Positions 37,186 to 49,350 of a stretch of DNA of 64,000 nucleotides are shown piece by piece. The notes beneath the pieces are model-generated. The model did no database searches. It saw only the letters and a list, made by a program, of their open reading frames with translations, and was not told where the DNA came from. Where the stretch lies: positions 71,982,001-72,046,000 of the forward strand of contig CM060731.1 of the NCBI GenBank assembly GCA_030704615.1, in the 5' to 3' direction. The first letter of the stretch is position 1. Each line of letters opens with the position of its first letter. The stretch is from Takakia lepidozioides. Taxonomy: Eukaryota; Plantae; Bryophyta. Made by a program: the position numbers and the translations under genes.

Positions 37186-38173
37186 GTTGCCATTGTATGG
37201 ATTAAATTCTCCGGGCCTTTACGGAAACCCCTCCGAGAAGCAGATGAGGCTCTCGGCAGATTGCCCGTCAGATTCTGCTTGTAAATCAATCTTGTTAGCC
37301 AGCGATTGCAGGGCCTGCACCTGAAGCTCCAGGAACATCAATAATCAGCAATCTCCTCCAGCAAAATGGTTTTAAGCGGAACTCACTAGCTCAATGAGTT
37401 CCAGATCAATAACCTTTCCAAACCTGCCTTCAAATGCTCACCTCTGAGATCAGAACTCCTGCCAAACACAACTGTCAGATGCTCAATCTGCACAGTTGAT
37501 GAGAACACCTGTGCCACATGTCCTCAGACATCATCTTTTGATTAAATCGCTCAAAGCACTCGCTTGCATGTGACGTTCCTACACATATCCGCCACTTCAC
37601 CATAGCGTAACCATCACCTCGTCCTCAACGAGGTTGTGTGAAGTCGCCAGCAATTGCAGAATGAAGGCAGAACAGGTCAAGCTGCCAAGGGAGCCGGAAG
37701 ACGTGAAGTTCCGTCTTAAAATACGCTGCGTTTGCCCATTAAAGTTGCACTATCAACTAACACCTCCATCCGTTTCTCACTTTCAAAACAAAAACCACAA
37801 GTGCTAAAACTAAACTCACCTCTGGCACTCACAGATGCAAGCTCATCTCTCTCTCGAGTGATTGACAAGCTAAGAGACACACTGTTCACACTAGAAACAA
37901 CATGAATCCATCGCTATCACTCTTAAAACAGAAGTCGAGCCAGGGGCACCCCAAGCTATGGGGACTCCACCCCACAACAACCTATACTCCCATCATAAGC
38001 ACACTCAGTCCTAAACGATGCAGGAGCTCGGTCGCGCAGGCTCAACTCGAGAGAGATGAGCTGCGCGACTGCCGCTCTCGTGAAGATAAGACGGGTCAGG
38101 TGTCAAACTAAACTTGACACCTGATTTAACACTTGACCTAAATCCAAGTGTTAAATACAAATAACTAGCTTTA

Positions 38174-38211
38174 TTCTAGCTAGTTTCACACTGTGCTTAT
38201 TTAACTTGACA
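38174..38211. repeat. 5' terminal repeat B of the retroelement
   Basis: Identical 38-bp copy of 26701-26738. Confidence 0.95.
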
Positions 38212-39707
38212 CCAGTCGTTTCAGTCAAAAAACGACTGGGCGACTATGAGTCCGAAAGGACAAGACCTATCGGACAGCCCTGTCGTTCCGGTCATTCGGA
38301 GTCGTTCCAGTCAGTCGTGACGCCGACTGGGGGGTAATTTTTAAGGTGTGGCCACCTGGCGTTGCCATGCGCAACGTTGACTGAATCTTGGACCTTGACC
38401 ACAATGACTTTTGACCGGGGGGTGTGACTTCCCCACGGTCTACATGCCGGGCATACAGCCGTGTGGCTGTGTGTCGGTACTCCACGTGTTTTCTGCCGTG
38501 ACATTCCGGATGTGGCCACGTGCAGGCCAGAAGCCACACCACGTGGCGCGATGAGTTGTCTGCTGGTTGCCTTTACGACTTGCAAGTAGAGTCGACAACT
38601 AGAGTGTTAAGTGACAAATGCAACTGGAGGTTTGAAATGCACTACTTCGTTAGTGATATACATTGACTGTGGGTTGGATACCAGGCACTTCTAGTGGTCG
38701 CAGTGACTTGGGGGCTGCGACTTGTGGTTCATACATGTGCAATACTATTTCTACTGTCTCCGAATAGCAACACAGATGCTACGATGGCCCTACTACAACA
38801 TTACAACCAACACAATCCCCTGCACACTACCACTAATCATCCCATTGCGGATGTGATTGAGACTGGAGAACATATAGGCCATCCATCAAAGCACGAAAAG
38901 AAATAACATGATGAAGAGCACGTGACATTGTATTAAGACAATACCTCAAAACCATCCCATACAATGCACAAACTCATGAGTCCGTAACGACAATGATTAG
39001 ATTTAAAAAAAATGAAATGAGTGTGACTTATTCTCAAGTGGTGGAACCTGGCAACTGCAGGCAGTGTTTAGACTGGCGTGGGACAATGAGGGCAAGCTGA
39101 GGAGAAGACACAAGCATGACGTTGTGTCATTTGAGTCGGGGAATATCACTACACTGGTACAAAGTAGCAAGCAGGTGAGTTGATTGCTAGTAATTCTGCT
39201 AAGCATTTGCTTGATGGCCCTCCTATACCCCTTTTCTGGTCTGACCTGCGCATCTCTATGAGCATCCCTATCTTTCTTGTTTCTTGTCTTGTCTTTGAGC
39301 TTCCCATGGACATAATAAAGTTTATTTCCTTTCTTTCTTTCTTTCTCTCTACATGTCAGGAGAATTTGGAAGCTACCCAATCTCACAACAAAGCTCCATT
39401 TCTATTGAGAGACATTCCAGCTTCATGAATTTTTTGGGTCTCGTGATGTTGTGTGTTTCAGACATTTTGTGTCCCTCCAAAATTTTGTAATAAAATTTGT
39501 GCCTGTTCGTGGTAATGTCGTTAAAAGATGGTTTCTCATTTTCATGGCGTGTATGCATTTACAACAGTGGCTTCTATGCACTTCATACAGTGAACAATTC
39601 CTGGCTTGTAGGCTATGATTGTAATGTACAGTAAACAGCTGTTTGTTTGAGTATCTCATTCGCATCATTCTGGCAATCTGCATGAGCAAAGGGTTTAAGG
39701 TGCAAGC

Positions 39708-40355
39708 CTAGGGGGTGATGTATGTATTGACTCTCGGGTTCAGTGCAAGTTCAAGGACAGCCTCCTGATGCCTAACATTGGTTATGGGTCAAACAAGAAG
39801 ACAAAGCACCTAGGGGATGATTTATGGACTCTCGGGTTCAGCGCAAGTTCAAGGGCAACATCCTGATGCCTAACATTGGTTATGGTTCAAACAAGAAGAC
39901 AATGCACCTAGGGGATGATGTATGGACTCTCAGGTTCAGCGCAAGTTCAAGGGCAGCATCCCGATGCCTAACATTGGTTATGGGTCAAACAAGAAGACAA
40001 GGCAGTCGTTTCGTCAATTTCTGTTACATAATATGGAAGACCCGGAACTCCTCCTCATGCATAAGTTACAAGGGCCAAATTCATTTCCTATGTTGTTGTC
40101 TAATGGGTCGGATGAAAAACCTTGAAAGTTGCAGTGTTGTCATAAGACAGATGAGGACATTTCTACCTCATTGGCAGGGGCAGCAGGACACATTAGAATC
40201 TAAACCATGTTTAGCGTGGTCATGTGGTGCGTTGCAGGAAGTATAGTGTTGAAATGACTCACAATGTGTTGACACTGAAGAGGAAAGCTAAAGAGGAGCG
40301 TGCTGCACACCAGAATGCTGTAGTAAGCAGAGGGACAAAGTCGCAGAATGAAAGA
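39708..40355 (+). pseudogene. RPL32: 60S ribosomal protein L32 pseudogene with a triplicated ~98-bp segment
   Basis: [23 protein letters not shown] occurs 3 times, followed by F..FLLHN..LLLMH, a probable intron and [18 protein letters not shown]. Confidence 0.85.
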
Positions 40356-41199
40356 TCTGTCTCACATCTATTGTGTTGTCTTATTCTATGTTGCTATCAT
40401 CGGTCTACCTTTCCCCAAATGACAGACATTCATTAAATCTTATCATGTGCTTCATGAGGGATTTTCTATAATTTCTGATGTTTGTGCAAACGACATTGAT
40501 CGTTGTGCTTTGTTTACATAAATGTTAGAATGACATCTTCGCTCAACATTCATCCACTCTCTCATTCATTCACGATATTTCATCCACATTTGTCCACAGC
40601 TTTTCATCCCCATTCATCCATACTCGCAGCGTCCCATCCACATTGGCTCTGCTTCATCCTCATTAATTCATCCACAACCATTGTAGACTGATGACAACAA
40701 CGTAGAATACCAACACTCAGCTCTCTTCTGCACTTCGCCTCGTCGCCCACACATGGTTCCCTGTCTGCCGAATGCGCAATCCACGGCTATAGGCCCCCTT
40801 TTGCCTGTTCAGTCCGTGCGGTCATAGGCCCATGCCTATGAAAATGACGTGGCATGACGTGACGTGGCGTCGACCACACTGGCGAGCTCGGCTGACGTGG
40901 CATCAGACCCGTCAGCCAACGTGGCAAGAACTGCTGATGTGGCGTGAGCCTGTTTGTGCTCACGCGCTCACACGCTCACGCTCACGCGGAAACATCCCCC
41001 CAACCGGGCATGTAGCTGCAGTGAAGGCTATAAGACAATGGGCGCTTGGCAGGGAGCATCACTGCACTCTCGAGCACTGCAAGGTAATTCTTGGGTGTCT
41101 TTGTCCCGAGTTCCTATAAAGTACTTTGCCTCCACCGCCGCTTGCCAATCGGTGGCTTGACCGCTACCCTCGCCCTCACAATTTTTGTTTTTGGTACTG

Positions 41200-44100
41200 G
41201 AGACATCAAATCATAGTGGTTCTTCGTTAAAGAGACATAAGAGAGGACTCAAACAGTTGGCTCGTGCAAAGAGACCACTTCCTACAAGTGAGACATCACC
41301 TCCCACTTGGGTTTGTGAGGAGAAGAAGTAGTGGTGGAGAGAATGTGCCAAATGAGAGACAGTGTGGTGGTCCTGGCTTCAATGTGGGGTGTTATGGCAG
41401 TTTTTTGAGTCATGCGAAGGTGATTCCCATCGCGGGCTTCTTTATAAACACACATATACCAATCCAAGCTTTGAGCTCAAGTATCGTCAAGTCCTTCTAC
41501 CGAGGCCCCCCCATGAGTGCCTCTACCCAAGGCTTCAAAGGTATACCGGTTGGACTCCCTACATATCCGCTACAGTCACTTTGCCTCCAAACCGATAAAA
41601 GAACCAAATTGGAGCAGAGCCCTACATGTCCGGGAGGCAGGGACTAGGTCCAGGCCCAGTGAAAACATCTCTATCATTAATAAAATCAGTGTCAAATTTA
41701 GTTTCCCACGTCTTAGGCTTGAACATGAAATTCACAAAATCTAGGTTTGTTTCTTCATTACATTCCATGTCAAACAGGTCAGTGTCCCAATCGGCCTCGT
41801 CATCCGAGTCCCCACCATACCCATCATCATCCTTAAAGAAGTCGTGAAAATCGTCAACCTCATCATGCTGCTGATATGAATAGAACAGGAACAAGCATAA
41901 TTGACCAAAGCATATGTGTTGGGTTGCAAGTCCCCCAAAGCACACTACCCGGAACTCGATGTTACTGGCAACACTCTGAAGTGTTTTTCTCTTGCCTTGC
42001 CATCCGCAAAGTAATGACCCGAGATAAGAATGAGGCCATACTCCGATGTTTTGCATCTTGTGGACAAAGCCACTTTGGTGGTGGATCAAAGCAGTGCCAA
42101 TTTTCATAAGCTTGGAAAGATTAGGTGGGCTTGTGATGAAACAGTTGATAGGTGCAAGAGCCGGAATCTTCAAAAAATGTTGATGGTTGATGAGGTCATG
42201 ATCCGTTACAAGGGGAAGTACTATTTGTGCGATTAGGATGTGCATGCCTAAGAAACCATGCAAGTGTGGCATAAAGGTACTATGTGCCTTGGCCGACTTG
42301 GATACTTCATATGTCTATGACTTTCGGTTTACTGTGGCAATACTGAAGGGGGGTCTGAGGGAGAAAAGTGAGGGTTATGATGTTGTGACCATGCTTGGCA
42401 CATGATTTCATGGTTTGGGGCATGTCATTGTCACTGACAATTACTTCACCTCAGTTCAGCTTTTGTATGGCTTGGCCAAACTTGGCACTTGGGCCACTAG
42501 CACAGTAAGACTAAACAGAAAGTAGAGACGCTAATCCGTGAGCGGTGAGCTGGAAATCGTGAGCCCATAATATAAATTATATATGATTATGAGCATGGAT
42601 GGGTCGTCAAAACATTAAAAATGGGGACGTATTTCCGCGGATTACTGTATAGCGACCCTATATCCGAGGAAGCCAAAAAATGACAATTCAACAATGACAA
42701 AAGTGTACTTCAAACTATACCAAAAGATTGGAACAGATGTACAAATGGAACACATCGAGATCAATGAATGCATTTGGTTGACACTCATGTAAAGACAACA
42801 AATTGGTCATAAAAAGCAATGAATCAAAATATTAGAAGAGTCTTCCACTCCTTTCATAGTTCTGAAGGATAAGATTTCTGGAGAAGATATGAATTGTTAG
42901 AGCACTATGTGTACAACCTAGAGGGCTATGTACAATATATCATGATAACAAACACACCGCCACAGACTCATCAATAGCACTACAAAAGAAGAATATTATG
43001 AAGTCATCGTATTTAATTTTTACACATCCCATATCATCATTCTAACTTTGATGATTAAAATCCAAATAAAAACTCATACCCATATAGTGGACCAGAAAGA
43101 CTAAATATTTATTTTATTTAGTTTTAAAATATCATTTTATCTCATTTCAATAAAAAAATTATTAAACTGATATGAAGATATAAATATAAATATCAATATA
43201 TGATAGTATATATTCAAATTTAATCCTGATATCAGTATATATTATTCCAAAATATATCATATTCTTATACCCAGAATGAACACTGAGGGCACTGTTGTCT
43301 GAGATTCATGTTATCATGAAAACCTATATGCATCTGCTTATACCCGAAATGAACACACTGAGGGCACTGTTGTCTGAGATTCATTTCGCCATGAAAATCC
43401 GTATGCGTTTGCTTATACCCGAAAGGAACACACTCATGTCAGATACTAGAGCTTCTCTAAAACTGATGCGCCTACGCATACCCTAGATGAAGGCATTTCG
43501 AACTGTATGCGCCTGTTCATACACTAAATGGTCAAACCCCAGTTTTATTTAACATGATCATCCTAAACTCTATGCGTATGGTCCACAACCTGCAGTGGCT
43601 ACACTTGATAGTTCTACTCAGGCTTCGGGACAGATGACCATTTTGCCTCAACCACCTACTGGTGTTAAGTCAACAAAACATCCTTTCGGGGCAGTATCGT
43701 TTCCATCTCTCATACTGGGCCCTACCACATGAAGAATGTTCCAACTCATTTCATTGAGATGGTCATGGCCTCCTCCATTGAGCAACATCCGGCCCTTGTA
43801 GGATTTGCTTGCAATCATCTCAAGGTGTACGGTTGTAGACCTCTTATGTCACTCAAAAAATGTCCGCGGGAATAGGGGGTTCTTCTGTCGGAAGGCTACA
43901 CGGTTATAGGTCATCCGATATTCAATATGTAATCCGTGGGAATAGGGGGTTATTCCATTCGTGAGCCTATGCTCACGAATACAAGCTCACACATCTAGGC
44001 TCACGGAATAGCATTCCTGAACAGAAAAGGTCTCCCTCCCTCTTTGGTATCCATGCAAAAATGTAAGATAGTCTACAAACAAGGTCAGTCATGGTGCAAG

Positions 44101-44450
44101 ATACATGCTTCCAGGGAGTTAGTTGCAGTGTTGTGGTCATGGGACAAAAAAGGGATTTCTATTAGGCCAACTTGTACGCCTTCCTCTCCAATGAATGTGA
44201 GATGTTTTGTGGGACATCAGAGAGAGTTAGCTTGCAGCTTCGTACAAAGAAGTGGTCGCATCTGTTGTTGTGTTGTGTTTTTTTTTTTTTTTTTTTTTTC
44301 CCTTTCCCCCTTATGGACACAGCAATGGTGAATGCATATATCTCGCATTCAGCCTATGTCACCAAGATGGGTCGGAGGGCCATGAGCCATTTAAAATTTC
44401 AATTTGGCATTGGCATATGCATTGATAGTAGAAACCTGTACTAACAACAT
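41200..44450. mobile_element. Degenerate, rearranged piggyBac-like transposase
   Basis: Plus strand: VMTRD..ILRC, VDEVMIRYKG, MPKKPCKCGIK, VIVTDNYFTS, TSTVRLNRK/GLP, KKWSH..DTAMVNAYI. Minus strand 41200-41880: acidic N-terminus, FTGPGP, ELKAWIGI and a Cys-rich tail. Confidence 0.8.
42523..44019. mobile_element. Non-autonomous TIR element nested in the piggyBac ORF
   Basis: 21-bp imperfect TIRs (tagagacgctaatccgtgagc / caggaatgctattccgtgagc); 9-bp near-TSD aacagaaag/aacagaaaa; internal ~70-bp tandem repeats at 43260-43480. Confidence 0.8.
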
Positions 44451-45799
44451 GGACACCAGCAAGGATGTCTCTTGCACGTCTCTGTGTTGTATGCCATGTC
44501 TATGCTCACTATTACTGCCTTAGATGTGACGGCAACCATGTCTGCCTTGGTGCGTGCACACCGCAATGGATCGAGGTGACTTAATTATATTTTTGTGGTG
44601 TCTTCTTATGTTTCTCTTGCTTGTGTGTGTCAGTGTTCACTGAGATGGTGGGTTGTGTTGACAGATGTGGTGGTCGTGGTTGTGGAGTGCGTGTACGTGT
44701 GTGGCATGGGGTGTTTGTCTATGCTCTGTCAATTGTGTTGCTGCTTGAAGGGGTCGTGTTCAGTGTGTTTCCTTGCTGGTTGCCAAGCTGTGGTGCTCAT
44801 GGGTGTGTACGGTACATGTTTTTGTGTTTTTTGTGGGTGGTTGAAATTTTTTGGGACTGGGGCTAGTGCAGCTACTCGTGGTCTTGTTTTTGGGGTGATG
44901 CTTGCCGCTTTGGGGGGGACTGTATGCACAAAGGGTAGATTAGGGGGTTCAACTCCTCCTCAGTCGTGGGAAGTCGTTGCTAGCTTGGGGGTGGTGTAGG
45001 TGCTCACGACAAGCAAACATATACCCAAGAAGCAAGCAAGACGGTTGGCAGTTGGAGGTGGTAGGTTGCTGGTGGGTTGAAAGTGCTTGTGGGTTGAAAC
45101 AACAAAACAAAGGGTTTCCTGGGGCCTTCTTTGGGGTGAACGGTTCCGGGCCCCCATCATTTATCCATAAAATGATGACGTGGTCCTTTTTTTTGGGCCG
45201 GAAGTGTCTGTTGGCTACGACAATTTTTGGCCTCATGAGCTGGGATTCAAGGAAGGAATTCCCAGTAATGGAAATCTGTTTCAAGGTAGTGAGTAACCTA
45301 ATCTGTATCTCTAATCTCTAATCTGTATCTGTAATGTATAGTATTTTTTACACCCCTATTTTTCCATACAAAGCAACCATTCTGAGATTTTGGAATTCGG
45401 CTCTGAAATTTTGGGCCAACATGCTCTAGATGCCACATGATCAGAATTGGGATGGCCTGTATGAATGAAAAATGAATGAAAAATCATCTTGGTAGGCCAA
45501 ATGCTTGGTCAAACCATTTTTTGACTCAGAATTGGAGTACAGTAGAAATTTTGGGCTTGGATTTTTGTTATAATCTTCCTAATCACAGTCATACCACTTG
45601 AAATTTTTACAGCAGGTGCATGAAGTAGGTAAGTTAGGGTGACTTTCATAACAGTTCCTCCCTGTGGATGTTTGTCAACTGAGAAATATACCCTCATCCA
45701 CGAGGGTATATTCCGTTTTGTAGTGGGTCCACCAAAAACGGGCTCGTCCAAATTTAATGAGTTTTTTTTAATATTTTTTTAAATTTAAATTATTAAAGG

Positions 45800-46010
45800 A
45801 AACCTGGGAGCGACTGCTCAATTCAGGCCCTTGAGGAGGGGGAAAAATTAACCCCCTTTCAGATAAGCCATCAGGCACACAGGTGGGAAACCTCACCACC
45901 AGACCAGCCGGTCACGAACAATCCACACACCAGGCAAGGCAGCGGGTTTGAACCCCAAACCACCAGGGCGACACACTGTGCACTTACCAGCTGAGCTACC
46001 AGCTGATGTG
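45800..46010 (-). mobile_element. tRNA-derived SINE (family A)
   Basis: A box TGGTAGCTCAGCTGG, B box GGTTCAAACC; atgagttt on both flanks is a possible TSD. Confidence 0.75.
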
Positions 46011-46887
46011 CATGAGTTTCATTGGCGCGATTATGCTTTTAAACGAAAATTATTGTATGAAAATTCTTAAGATTAATTATAGTAATCTATTATAAGCAAA
46101 AATGATGAATGTTTGTCGGATGAGGACGTGGATGAACAGTGTTTGACTGACATTCCAGACGTTCGTCCGGTAGTATGTAACTGCGAGGCGGGCTCACGAG
46201 TGACGACACCTGTCAGGCCGAGCGTGGATACAGTGGCACATGACCGTTGTGTTTGAATGCCAGAGTTATGACATTCCATCAATGCCTGCCACAGCCCAGG
46301 CGCATGGATTCATCTGCTTGCCAGTCTGAGAACCTCCAGCGATGGATTGTGGCAGTGTGTTGTTTCCCGAGCATTTAGACAGTTTATTAGTTCCATAGCG
46401 TAAGGATTTTGTCTCTCTCTCTTGTCGTGATCGATCAGAGTCACTCTTGTTTCCTTCTCTTGCGGATGGCAAGCACTGACTTGATAGTCTTCCTCATCTG
46501 GTGAGAGCATGCACAAAGAGTTTATAGTGAAGGAGAAGACAGGAAATTGCGATGGCCGTGCACCCATCTCCACTACTGGTGCAGGCTGTTGGCAAGGTAC
46601 CCATCCTCTTTTTTACACACTCGGTCTTTGCAACGTGTCTCTCTTTTGTTTTGAATCGAGAAAGTGGGATGCACTGGTGCGATCTCCCATCAGACTCCCA
46701 CGATTAATTCCTCCGGGTTAAGCTATCACTGAACAGATTCGTAAAAGCAGGTCTGTTGTACACCAGAGTATCCAAGCGCAATTAGTTTCAGCTTGAACAG
46801 CGGTTTCCTCGGAATGGAAACAAGAACACATTCTTGAACAATGCGGGGCGGGACATCCAAGAAGGCATTGGGTTTGGGAGGGTGCAG

Positions 46888-49350
46888 GTGGAACAGGTGG
46901 TTGCCCGCCTGCAGGAGATGCAGTACACTATCGCAGGGCTGCACGTCAGCCCTCGCTCCATGCAACGCACCCGCTACTGCCACCGTGATTCCATCACCAG
47001 GTCTCGCTTCTTTCCTGTATCAAATAAAGAGTTCTGCAGGACGTGCAGAATGGTTGATGTACGAGCGTTCACAAATAGTGCGCCTGAATGGGATGAGTAG
47101 AGGAACCATTTCTGTGTGTCCAGTGCTACTGCACGACATAACGTGTCTTCCGAACCTGGCCCATAGTTTTGAAAAGCTTCACATTTGTGTTATGTTTGTG
47201 CATTGCTTGGAGGGATCTCTGAAATTGCAGACATACGGAACATGCAGAATGTCAGCTCCTCCGGCCTCCTAACTCTGCGCTGTAGTTTCCTGAGGATTTG
47301 AAGCAACTGGATTCAAGAGATGTTGGCCTTGCCTCAATTTTGTGGTTAGGATGGCTTGAGTGAAACTCAGTTAAACTCAATTACCAACAGCTTGTTAGCT
47401 GTATCCTTTCGGGGGTTGTGGCCATCGTGTAGCGCATGACGTACAAGTTAGGGGTTTGACAATTTATCTGCTGTACAGGATGCACAAGCCATCCGACTTT
47501 ACTCCCAATAGGAGCTGCGTTTCCATGGAACGTCGAGGTATTGTTCTTTTGGCCAATGGTATGTCTCATTTGTGAAGACATAACTTTCTCTATCGAGGGA
47601 CTAAGAAACTGACTTGACCTGCAGAATCAATCTCACAGCCAAAGAAAGTTTTTATCATGTATCGGTCTTGGAGGAGATGGGGGAAAAGTGTTTGGGTGGT
47701 TATCTAAAGAGGGTGCTGTCTGAGGAGGGTGTGGGGCGTATGGTAGGTGGATGGAGTCATTGGTCTTCGCCAGCCAAAGAAGTTCATGAAGTCGTTTCTG
47801 AGATTTTGATGGCCAGTAAGTTTGCCAAGGAGATCGCCACAGTACTAGCAAGCTCTCTCCAAGATACCCCTGACGCTAGGCCCCCTGTAAACATTGCACA
47901 GAAACCAGTCATGATGGGCTGCAAAGATGCAAGAAGAAAGGACACTCCATATCCAAGCAAGGCACTCTTAAGCAAAACCATGAGTGCCAAAAGAATTCCG
48001 GAAAAGGCCGTAAACAAATTCAGGGAAAGTCCTGCTGCCAACGCTAATGAAGCTGGCAATTATGGTGAGGCAAGGGAGACAAACAAGCGCAGCTATCAGT
48101 CCCCTTTATACAAGCGGAGAGCTATTGTAAATGTGGTGAGAGCATCGCCAGCACCAAATCAGATCACCCCAAGACCCAAGTACCGGTCTCCACCTGGCTG
48201 CAGTGTGATATCATGTAGCACAGACAAGAGGGCAAGATCTCAACATGTTTTGGAGAAGGAACAGGCTGTTCCAAAGGGATCCTCTGCGAAAATTGCCCGC
48301 GCACATGAATTTACTGATAAGCCAGTTGCACCCCGCAGGATATCCATGGAGGCAACAGAGATCAGGAGCCTGCGAAAACCATGGAGGCTTACAAGTGCCA
48401 ATGCTAGCAAGGCTGTCCTATTCACAAATCCAGTGTTTACTTCATCACCATCCCAGTCGCCTGCCAAGCCCTCTCGGCTGGCTTCGTCTGCTAAGACTCC
48501 CAAGCTTAAGGAATCGACAAGGAGGACAAAGAGCTGGCTAACTCGCCGAGTCTCCATGGTAAGACCTGCGTCTGGAGAGATCACCCGGAAGCTTCTCTCG
48601 ACTAGTCTTGCACCGGCCAAGTCCCTTCCCTCTCTCATTTCTAGGCTTCCTTCCAGGGGAAAAAGGATCGCAAGAGCTGTTGGGAACACTCCGCAGACGG
48701 ACTCTGGTCCTCTGGTCACCAAGTCTCACATCAAATCAGGAGGGCCTTTACCACCACCACCTGCCCGATATGCAGAGGTTGCATCACTGAACAGAACCAC
48801 CGGCAACACACTGATGCCTCTGAAGACTAAGAAAAATGTTGGATCAGCCCCTGTGAGTGACAACGTCACCCAAGTGAGACAGGGCAGCAGGCATCTGAAA
48901 CTAGTAGACAGTAACATCAAGTTGGGGCATTACAGTGAAAGACAGCACGCCAAAGAGATAGACAGTAGGGTGCAGAGTAATCTAGCCCCCAGTTGCAACA
49001 GTTCTGTTGACGTGAATGTGGAGCTTGGGCACGCAAAAGCCCCAGCTCCCTTCAACGCTGCACGGGAAAGCGCTGGCAAGGAAAACGATCATGTATCTAG
49101 CTGTGCACCTGCTCGCATGTTTCGCTCGGGTGTTGGAGGCGTGGGGCTGCGGCAGAGATCTCTAGCTTCCTTTAAGGGGGAGGGGGCAGGGGCTGGCGAG
49201 ACCCATGAGCAGACGCCTGGCTGTACACCTGCGGTTATGTTCCTGCGCAGCAAGTCTGCTGGACATGATCACTTAATCGCAACCAAAAGCAACACAGGTA
49301 TGCACAGAGTACTCGACAGACCAGTGTACTTTACTGCCTTTGGTTGCTGA
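46888..49350 (+). CDS. TAN1: TANGLED-like microtubule-binding division-plane protein (multi-exon; start and final exon uncertain)
   Basis: VEQVVARLQEMQYTIAG..VSPRS, VSEILMASKFAKEI, VLFTNPVF; large basic Ser/Pro-rich exon 47614-49350. Confidence 0.65.

Larger units (their letters stand above)
26686..38211 (-). mobile_element. Ty3/Gypsy-type retrotransposon with DNMT3-like methyltransferase and PHD finger; split-direct-repeat termini
   Basis: TG...CA ends flanked by CCAG (26682-26685 and 38212-38215); domain order gag-PR-DNMT-RT-RH-IN-PHD. Confidence 0.88.

Noticed and set aside
37190-37700. Possible LRR gene fragment on the minus strand
   Set aside because: Too degenerate to call by eye
44595-44999. 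Cys/Val-rich 134-aa ORF
   Set aside because: GT-rich low-complexity sequence with no recognisable domain
45930-46010. tRNA gene
   Set aside because: A and B boxes are present but there is no cloverleaf; it is the head of a multi-copy SINE
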